From contig OZ241387.1 in assembly GCA_965200815.1 (NCBI GenBank), positions 17,112 through 81,111 of the forward strand: a stretch of 64,000 nt of DNA, given 5' to 3'. The notes below the pieces were generated by a model, which ran no database searches, was not told the origin of the DNA, and was given only the letters and a program-made list of their open reading frames with translations. Position 1 is the stretch's first letter. Every line of letters starts with the position of its first letter. The translations under genes were made by a program, and so were the position numbers. Below are positions 58,152 to 64,000 of the stretch, in pieces. Source of the DNA: Terriglobus sp. Lineage in GTDB: Bacteria; Acidobacteriota; Terriglobia; Terriglobales; Acidobacteriaceae.

Positions 58152-58331
58152 ATGAAGACACTGACCTACCTCAAGAAGTTTTCCCGCAGCGCCAGCCGAT
58201 CCATCAAGCGCCTGCTGCGCCACCTCACCGGCAAGAGCATCGTCAGCGCCACCCTCACGCTCTCCATTCCCCCATTCATCAAGCTGGAACTCGGCTTCAA
58301 GCAGGAGGTTGAGCAGCACGGGGCCGCTTAG
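58152..58331 (+). CDS. Small basic hypothetical protein (59 aa)
   Basis: ATG 58152. Translation MKTLTYLKKFSRSASRSIKRLLRHLTGKSIVSATLTLSIPPFIKLELGF. GC is locally lower, and a terminator follows immediately. Confidence 0.4.
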   Translation: MKTLTYLKKFSRSASRSIKRLLRHLTGKSIVSATLTLSIPPFIKLELGFKQEVEQHGAA

Positions 58332-58339
58332 CAGCCCAA

Positions 58340-58363
58340 GGCCGCCGGCTTTGGCCGGCGGCC
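58340..58363 (+). terminator. Hairpin ggccgccggc-tttg-gccggcggcc
   Basis: A perfect 10-bp GC stem 9 nt after the TAG at 58329-58331. Confidence 0.55.
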
Positions 58364-58478
58364 TCTACCCTGCTGCCCATGGTGGAGAGAGCGTAGTGCT
58401 GTGCCCCTGAACGGGCTATTCTCACCAGACGAAGTTCGCTGGGCCAACAGCCCGAACCATCACCAAAGGAGAGCGACG

Positions 58479-58769
58479 GTGGCTGACCTACTCGATCGTT
58501 CGACGGAACTGGATATGAGCGGGGTTGGCGACGTCGCGGCCGCGATCAGCACCTTGGCTTGGACGCACGGCGTCACCGCCGCAGCCGAGCCGGTGGACGC
58601 CTTCGCCGACGCCACGGCTCGGCTGTGCGACACGGAGGTCACGTTCGACCATACCGAGCGACTGCTCCTTGGGCTGGCGCGCGGCGGGTTCGTCACCGAC
58701 GAGCAGCGCTTCGCGCTGCACGCAGCCTACTTGCAGCAGCTGGCCGGTGACGTTCGACCCGTTCGGTGA
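58479..58769 (+). CDS. Hypothetical protein overlapping the Fic gene start; candidate cognate antitoxin or partner
   Basis: AGGAGA lies 6 nt before GTG 58479 (ORF open from 58401). The protein is 96 aa and its 3' end overlaps the fic GTG by 23 nt. It contains TAAAEP, a near-match to the (S/T)xxxE(G/N) Fic-inhibitory helix motif. Confidence 0.45.
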   Translation: MADLLDRSTELDMSGVGDVAAAISTLAWTHGVTAAAEPVDAFADATARLCDTEVTFDHTERLLLGLARGGFVTDEQRFALHAAYLQQLAGDVRPVR

Positions 58770-59403
58770 CCGGGACACGCGTGGCTACCTGCGCAATCGC
58801 CTCGGAACCAATGACGCCGCCCTGATCTCCCGGCTGGAGGCGCACGCCTTCTCCGCCAACGTGCTTCCGGCCCTCACCGCCCTGAAAGCAGCGCCGACAG
58901 TCAGCTACGACCAGGTGCTCGACACGCACCGCCGGCTGTTCAGCTCCGTCTACCCCTGGGCTGGGCAGGATCGAGCCACGCTCGCGCCTGACATCGCCAT
59001 CGCCAAGGGCGGCGTGGCCGACCTGTTTTCACACCCGGCCGATGTGCGCCGCGCCACCGATTATGCGCTCGGCATGGGCCTGGATGCCCGCACTCTGCGG
59101 GCCAAGCCGGGGGAGGTGTTCGGCGCTTTGGCGTACGCACACCCCTTCTTGGAAAACAACGGCCGCACGCTCATGACGGTGCATGCCGACCTCACGCGAC
59201 GTGCCGGGTTTCACGTCGACTGGACCGGGATCGCAAAGCCGGAGTTCCTCGCCGCACTCACGGCCGAACTGCGCCAGCCGGGCTCCGCCCTCGATGCGCT
59301 GCTGCTGCCGCACGTCCGGCCAGGCCCATTGCCAATCGAGCGCGCCGCGGTGAGCTTGGCGCAGAACCCGGGGCTCAACCGTTCCGGACCCTCGCCGTCC
59401 TGA
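58747..59403 (+). CDS. Fic/DOC-family protein with a non-canonical active-site motif
   Basis: VTFDPFGDRDTRGYLRN..., THRRLFSSVYPWAGQDR, and the Fic motif region HPFLENNGRTLM (canonical HPFx[D/E]GNGRxxR). I chose GTG 58747; the ORF is open from 58525. Confidence 0.8.
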   Translation: MTFDPFGDRDTRGYLRNRLGTNDAALISRLEAHAFSANVLPALTALKAAPTVSYDQVLDTHRRLFSSVYPWAGQDRATLAPDIAIAKGGVADLFSHPADVRRATDYALGMGLDARTLRAKPGEVFGALAYAHPFLENNGRTLMTVHADLTRRAGFHVDWTGIAKPEFLAALTAELRQPGSALDALLLPHVRPGPLPIERAAVSLAQNPGLNRSGPSPS

Positions 59404-59593
59404 GTAGATCAGCCCTGACCTGATCCGTTAGATCGCCAGCGTCAGCTGCTGGTTGCCAAGTCCGGGGCTGGGTGAGGAGAGTCCAACACGGGGGAAGATT
59501 ACCAGCCCTGGCCGGCGCTGCGCATGGGCTTCCTTTCCGGTCGCCCGACGATCCGGCGTGGCGCCCTGGCCCAGGGCGTCCTACCCTGACGCC

Positions 59594-60295
59594 ATGTGTG
59601 GTCGCTTTGCCCTGTCCCAGACGCCTGCCGCCCTTGCCAAGGTGTTCGGCACCCACAACGCTGTTCCCAACTTCCAGCCCAACTGGAACTTGCCACCCAG
59701 CCAGCCAGCGCCTGTGGTGCGGCACAATCCCAAGACGGGCGAGCGGAGCCTGGACGTGCTGCGCTGGGGCCTGATCCCGCACTTCGAGAAGGACCCTGCC
59801 CACGCCCGCATGCTCAACAACGCCCGGGCCGAGACGGTAGCCAAGCTGCCGAGCTTCCGCGGTGCCTTCGCGTCCCGGCGCTGCATCGTCCCGGCCGATG
59901 CCTTCTACGAGTGGAAGCGGGACGGCAAGCTGAAGCAGCCTTTCGCCATCGCCCGGGTGGATGGGGCACCGCTCGCCTTCGGCGGCATTTGGGAAAGCTG
60001 GACAGACCCGGCGAGCGGCGACATCACCCGGAGCTTCGCGATCGTCACCACGGAGGCAAACGGGACCATGGCGCCGATCCATGATCGCATGCCCGTCATT
60101 CTGGAAGCTTCTGACTGGCCGGTGTGGTTAGGCGAGGAAGAAGGCGATCCGAAGTCGCTGCTGCGTCCGGTTGCCGACAGCGTGCTTCGGACGTGGCCGG
60201 TAAGCACGGACGTGAACAGCGTGCGGCATAAAGGGGCCGAGTTGTTGCAGCCGATGCGCGACGAGGCGGTAGAGGGTGGCCCGAACTCGGCATGA
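59594..60295 (+). CDS. SOS-response-associated peptidase (SRAP, YedK/HMCES family)
   Basis: N-terminal MCGRF (catalytic Cys2). Also WGLIPHF, NARAETV, RRCIVPADAFYEW, PIHDRMPVIL. Confidence 0.9.
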   Translation: MCGRFALSQTPAALAKVFGTHNAVPNFQPNWNLPPSQPAPVVRHNPKTGERSLDVLRWGLIPHFEKDPAHARMLNNARAETVAKLPSFRGAFASRRCIVPADAFYEWKRDGKLKQPFAIARVDGAPLAFGGIWESWTDPASGDITRSFAIVTTEANGTMAPIHDRMPVILEASDWPVWLGEEEGDPKSLLRPVADSVLRTWPVSTDVNSVRHKGAELLQPMRDEAVEGGPNSA

Positions 60296-60328
60296 GATAT
60301 CGTCGAGGGATTGGGTCCTAACCCTATC

Positions 60329-63304
60329 TTACCTCTCCAGCCGAACACGGAGACGTCTTGCTCTCTCGCGGAACGCGGGTTCCCCCCCTTCAAGCACCTT
60401 GCAGACGAGCGTACGAATATTGGCTCGCTCTAATCCGCCGGAAAGGTAGGAGATGGGCGGTAGCGCGTCGCTCGCGTGCGGGCCGACGTTCGCCACGATG
60501 ATCTGATCGGCGTCGGTGTTGATGACCAGATTAGCGTTGTGCGTAATCATGATCACCTGTCGACGGGACTTGGCTTCGGTGAAAAGACCCACGAGCTCGT
60601 CGAAGATAGATTGCGGGTCCAAGTTCTCTTCGGGCTGGTCTATGATCAACGGGCGGTCATCGGCTTTGTCGAGGGCCAGATAAAGCAGAAGCAGGACGAT
60701 CCCGCGCGTGCCGGGCGACAGCTTGCTGATGTCCGTCCCGTCATACCGGACACTGTAGTTGATCGTGATATGGTCCGTGCTGTAGAGCCATTTGGCAAAT
60801 TGCTTGAGCCAAAGGCGGTATTGGGTAGGGTCCGTCTTTGCAACACGGGCTTGTTCGAGCAAATCGCTCTGGTGCGCGTCTCGAAAAGATTTCATGGCAG
60901 CTGTAACCTCAGCGCCATCACCCGCTTCCCAGGCCTTCTTTAAGTCCTGGTCTGCAATCTTCTGCAGCGATCCAGATCCTTTGAATTGGCCTTGACGCCG
61001 GAGATCAATTAACTCGTCTTCCCCTCGCTTTGCCCACCGCGCAACATCGGCGGTTCGTGTGACGGTGAAGGAGAGTTTGTTCAGGGCTCCGCTTGCGTTG
61101 TTTAACCTCTCTTGAATCGGAGCGTAGAGCAGCTCCAGGACGCTTTGTTCGTTCAGCACATAGTCAAATACCAGCTTGTAGGATGCTTCACGCCGGGCAT
61201 GAAGTTCAGCCGCGCGTGCTTTGGCCCCCTGGGCGTCCGTAAGCTTCTGCCGCAGTCCGGTTAACAGCTCGTTCTCTTGCACCAAGCGTGTCGAAAGGGC
61301 CGCATATCGGTCAGTAGTAGCTTTGTCGACGCTGATCAGCCCGTTCAAGCGCGTAATCTCAGCCTCCAGCTTCGCAAGTGGCTGGCGCGTCAAGTCATCA
61401 CCTTGGCTGATATAGGACATCTTGTTGTCGGCAAGCTCAGCTGGCGGCGTTCCCTTCCAATCTTTCACCAGCTTCGTGGCCTGTCGTAGGTTCTGAGCGA
61501 GAAGGCTGTCCACATCCCCTACGTAGTCCGTAAGGAAGCTCTTCCATGTATCTATCTCGAGGCCACTTGCCGCGTGCAGGCGTTGTACCTCCCGCAAAAT
61601 GGCTGGGGCTTTGTTGTTGCGGCGATCGACTACTTCATCCTGCATCGTTAGCAGGTCGTCGACCCTAAGATTGCTGTGCCGCAAGTGACCGCGGACGGTC
61701 TCCGCGGCGGCAGTAAGGGCTTGCAGCTGTCCCACCCGCTCCTGGCTGCCTTTCGCCACCAAACGGGCTCGCTCTGCTTCTGTCCTCCGTATCAGCGCTT
61801 CCTTATCTCTGATCTGAGACTGGTAAGTCGCTGCCAGCTTGTCCTTTTCTAGCTCGGTGCCGATCTGGTCTGAGAGATCGGTTAGGGCTTCCTCTTCGCG
61901 CTGCCGCGCCTGGCGATATCTCCTCGATCGCAGCTCCAACAGGTCGTGGAAATCTACCGCGCCATCGCGGTCTGAGGCCGAATGAGACTCAAAGATTACG
62001 CGCTCAATCTCTCGGAGCAGCGCGTCTGTCATACCGTAGGACGAGCAGAGGTTCTCGACGAATTGCTGGGAGAGGTAACGTGCCCTTGGGTAGCTCTCGG
62101 AGTCGAGTTGCTCGGTGAGATGCCGCCTTTCCTCGTCCCCGGACGCCCACTTTAATGTCACCCAGTTCTGGTTCAGAAACTCACGGGCACGCCAGAGGAA
62201 GGACTGTTGGTTCTCGGGCGACGGACCCGCGTCGCAAGCGCGTGCGATAATATCGGCCAGTGCTGTCTTCCCCGATCCCCGCGCACCAATGATGGCAACT
62301 AAACCTGGGTTTAAATTGATATGCGGGGTCATCGCCCATGGGGCATTATGCAGGGTGATGGAGGCAATGACGTCTGATGGGCACGTTCCAAGCGGCGGCG
62401 CGTCACCCACATGAGCACGGCTTTCAGGGTCGATGTATGCCTGACGCAGGGCATCGAAACTTGGGTCGCCTTTGATCCAGGTGTAGCGGTTCTCGGCCGG
62501 CTTGCCGACCATGCCGAGCGTGTGGGCATCACACCCATGAATACAAGGCTTGACCCCGTTGTAGTCTGCCTTCAGCTCGTCAACTAGGACGCTCCGCCTC
62601 CCGAGCCAGAACTCCCTCTGTGCTACCGAGGAAGCTAGAATTACATGCGCGAAGCTTTCAACGCTTTTGCGATTTGTAGCCTCCGCCGCGTCACGCATGC
62701 CGCCGGTGCCATCGTCGCCGCCAGCAACAGCGATTAGGATGTTCTTCTGTGCCCACTCATGCCCTTGGTACACCGTGCGCAGCTGGTCGAAAGTCACCTT
62801 GAACTGTCGTGCGCCAAGTTCAAGCGCAGCCGGTGTATTGGGTGCCGCACCTGATGACTCTCCGAGCCGCATCAGCTCGTCACGCGTGCATCTGAAGATG
62901 TCACCAGGAGTCTGGTATGTGAGGTTCGCTAAAAATCGCCGGGCTTCGGTAATATGTTTCGGATCTTCTGGGCTAATTAAAAGGTGCAAGTTAGTCCAAT
63001 TACCTTTAACAGTCCCAAAGTTAAGCCTTGTTTCTATGTTGGCAAAAACTAGTTTGCAATTACTAAGGCGACCTGCCGCCTTTGCCTCAAGGACCTTCTC
63101 ATAGCACTCGAGGCAGTAGTAATCAGTGATACCTAGAACTTCGATCACCGGTGTCGCGGCCTCAAGCGCCTTCAGATATTCATCCCAGACATCGGGGCCA
63201 CGAAACTGGTTCGCCATGATCGTGCCGGGTGCATGAATGTGAGGGTCCCATCGCCGCCAACGTGATCCCGAGTCCTCCGGCAAGGCATCCATAACCATGT
63301 GCAA
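60329..63304 (-). CDS. PHP-domain phosphoesterase fused to a Rad50/SbcC-like ABC ATPase with long coiled coil (991 aa)
   Basis: N-terminal PHP motifs WDPHIHAPGT (DxHxH) and HGCDAH. Walker A is AIIGARGSGKTALADII. About 450 aa of E/R/L/Q/A-rich heptad-like sequence follows. The C-terminus carries a signature-like LSPGTRG, Walker B LIIDQPEENLD and H-loop ITHNANL. Spot GC counts are about 52-60%, against about 65-68% in the flanks. Confidence 0.8.
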   Translation of the reverse strand: MHMVMDALPEDSGSRWRRWDPHIHAPGTIMANQFRGPDVWDEYLKALEAATPVIEVLGITDYYCLECYEKVLEAKAAGRLSNCKLVFANIETRLNFGTVKGNWTNLHLLISPEDPKHITEARRFLANLTYQTPGDIFRCTRDELMRLGESSGAAPNTPAALELGARQFKVTFDQLRTVYQGHEWAQKNILIAVAGGDDGTGGMRDAAEATNRKSVESFAHVILASSVAQREFWLGRRSVLVDELKADYNGVKPCIHGCDAHTLGMVGKPAENRYTWIKGDPSFDALRQAYIDPESRAHVGDAPPLGTCPSDVIASITLHNAPWAMTPHINLNPGLVAIIGARGSGKTALADIIARACDAGPSPENQQSFLWRAREFLNQNWVTLKWASGDEERRHLTEQLDSESYPRARYLSQQFVENLCSSYGMTDALLREIERVIFESHSASDRDGAVDFHDLLELRSRRYRQARQREEEALTDLSDQIGTELEKDKLAATYQSQIRDKEALIRRTEAERARLVAKGSQERVGQLQALTAAAETVRGHLRHSNLRVDDLLTMQDEVVDRRNNKAPAILREVQRLHAASGLEIDTWKSFLTDYVGDVDSLLAQNLRQATKLVKDWKGTPPAELADNKMSYISQGDDLTRQPLAKLEAEITRLNGLISVDKATTDRYAALSTRLVQENELLTGLRQKLTDAQGAKARAAELHARREASYKLVFDYVLNEQSVLELLYAPIQERLNNASGALNKLSFTVTRTADVARWAKRGEDELIDLRRQGQFKGSGSLQKIADQDLKKAWEAGDGAEVTAAMKSFRDAHQSDLLEQARVAKTDPTQYRLWLKQFAKWLYSTDHITINYSVRYDGTDISKLSPGTRGIVLLLLYLALDKADDRPLIIDQPEENLDPQSIFDELVGLFTEAKSRRQVIMITHNANLVINTDADQIIVANVGPHASDALPPISYLSGGLERANIRTLVCKVLEGGEPAFRERARRLRVRLER

Positions 63305-63421
63305 ACCGATCGACCTGCTGATTGGTATCTGACAACGTCTTCATAGCAAGAGGCAGTAACTTACCTACAACTCAGCTAGCAGCAAGCATGCTGCGGGACG
63401 GCTACCGGCAATGTGCCGTCA

Positions 63422-64000
63422 TCAAAAGTCACGGCTTTCCGGCATCCTAGCCTTCGGCCGCGCTGATCCGGGTTCTGCGTGCCGGACTTCATCACCGCGC
63501 AGCAGAGCTACATCGTCCCAACGCGCTCCACCGTCGGATCGCATCAGCCCGTTCAGCAGGTCTGAGCGGTCGACCAGCTTGCGGCAGATCAGATGTGTGA
63601 TGGGCACCTCTGCGTGCTCGATCTCTCGTTCCACCCGGCCTTCGGCAATCAGCAGCCGGGCGCCAATCATCGCCGCCCGGTCCCGCGCACCTACATCGGC
63701 GTAGACAACGAGGTTTGCCGTGCCAAACTCGTCCTCCATGGTGATAAACACGATGCCCTTGGCCGTGCCCGGCCGCTGCCGCATCAGCACCAAACCCGGT
63801 AGCTTGATCCAGGTCCCTGGCCGCGCTGTGCCAAGCCGGCGCGTGTCATGCAGGCCGAGGCGCTGCAGCTGCTCGCGCAGCAGCGCCAGCGGATGTTGGC
63901 GCAGGCTGAGCCCGGTTGCCATGTAGTCCAGCACGGTCGATTGCCCATCCGCTTCCGCCGGCAGGGCCGGGGCGAGCTCTTGGATAAAGGACGGCTCGCC
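63422..64000 (-). CDS. dnaE2: Error-prone DNA polymerase DnaE2 (ImuC), C-terminal fragment (5' part outside window)
   Basis: The frame is open to the window edge. VLDYMATGLSLRQHPLALLREQL...LVLMRQRPGTAKGIVFITMEDEFGTANLVVY is the OB-fold/C-terminal region typical of DnaE2. Confidence 0.8.
   Translation of the reverse strand, partial: GEPSFIQELAPALPAEADGQSTVLDYMATGLSLRQHPLALLREQLQRLGLHDTRRLGTARPGTWIKLPGLVLMRQRPGTAKGIVFITMEDEFGTANLVVYADVGARDRAAMIGARLLIAEGRVEREIEHAEVPITHLICRKLVDRSDLLNGLMRSDGGARWDDVALLRGDEVRHAEPGSARPKARMPESRDF

Noticed and set aside
59404-59593. Search for an alphaproteobacterial LexA box (GTTC-N7-GTTC / GAAC-N7-GAAC) upstream of the SRAP gene, and also between 63305 and 63421
   Set aside because: I found no such direct repeat by eye in either interval. 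I make no SOS-regulation claim for the SRAP gene or the PHP-ATPase.
1-64000. Scan for rRNA, tRNA and CRISPR arrays
   Set aside because: I saw no regularly spaced direct repeats with unique spacers, no cloverleaf-compatible segments in the intergenic regions, and no rRNA-like conserved stretches.

Overview
This 64-kb window is high-GC proteobacterial DNA, about two-thirds G+C by my spot counts of single 60-nt lines. It reads as a conjugative plasmid or ICE backbone split by a large metal/arsenic resistance cargo. All family names come from motifs I recognise by eye; no homology search was possible.

Layout:
(1) 1-12.2 kb, all + strand, is a leading-region-like backbone. It holds an ArdC-like C-terminus, a PP-loop/PAPS-reductase-like protein, hypothetical genes, a ~1690-aa N6-adenine methyltransferase-helicase fusion, two tiny membrane proteins, a 597-aa ParB-like protein and two hypotheticals.
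(2) 13.1-27.8 kb holds a Zn/Cd/Pb-type P1B ATPase coupled to a zinc-ribbon protein, a ZIP permease, a MerR regulator, a His-rich repeat protein, a two-component system and czcCBA-like RND system 1.
(3) 28.0-38.4 kb holds higBA, a cadR / cadA-lspA-ccdA cluster and two divergent ars operons (arsR plus an SBF-like transporter; arsR-arsC-acr3-arsH-MFS).
(4) 39.0-53.4 kb holds cusCBA-like RND system 2, a third HME-RND system and a DUF305 protein, each RND system with small accessory periplasmic proteins.
(5) 53.8-55.3 kb is an IS with 19-bp inverted repeats and a nonsense-interrupted transposase.
(6) 55.3-59.4 kb is more backbone: ssb, five small hypotheticals and a Fic-family gene pair.
(7) 59.6-64.0 kb holds an SRAP/YedK-type peptidase, a lower-GC 991-aa PHP-domain/Rad50-like ABC ATPase fusion, and the 3' end of dnaE2.

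I saw no rRNA, tRNA or CRISPR array.

Most interesting observations:
- A family of long structured repeats sits immediately upstream of + strand backbone genes, including ssb. They are candidate single-strand promoter or priming elements.
- The PHP-ABC ATPase is a candidate single-gene defence or DNA-processing system.
- A 26-codon signal-peptide ORF ends in CCPGCP and lies next to ccdA-lspA-cadA.
- Two MerR-type promoters with the same architecture drive the ATPase and the His-rich repeat protein.
- A beta-sandwich-like accessory protein family recurs with all three RND pumps.
- Several backbone ORFs are interrupted by in-frame stop codons.
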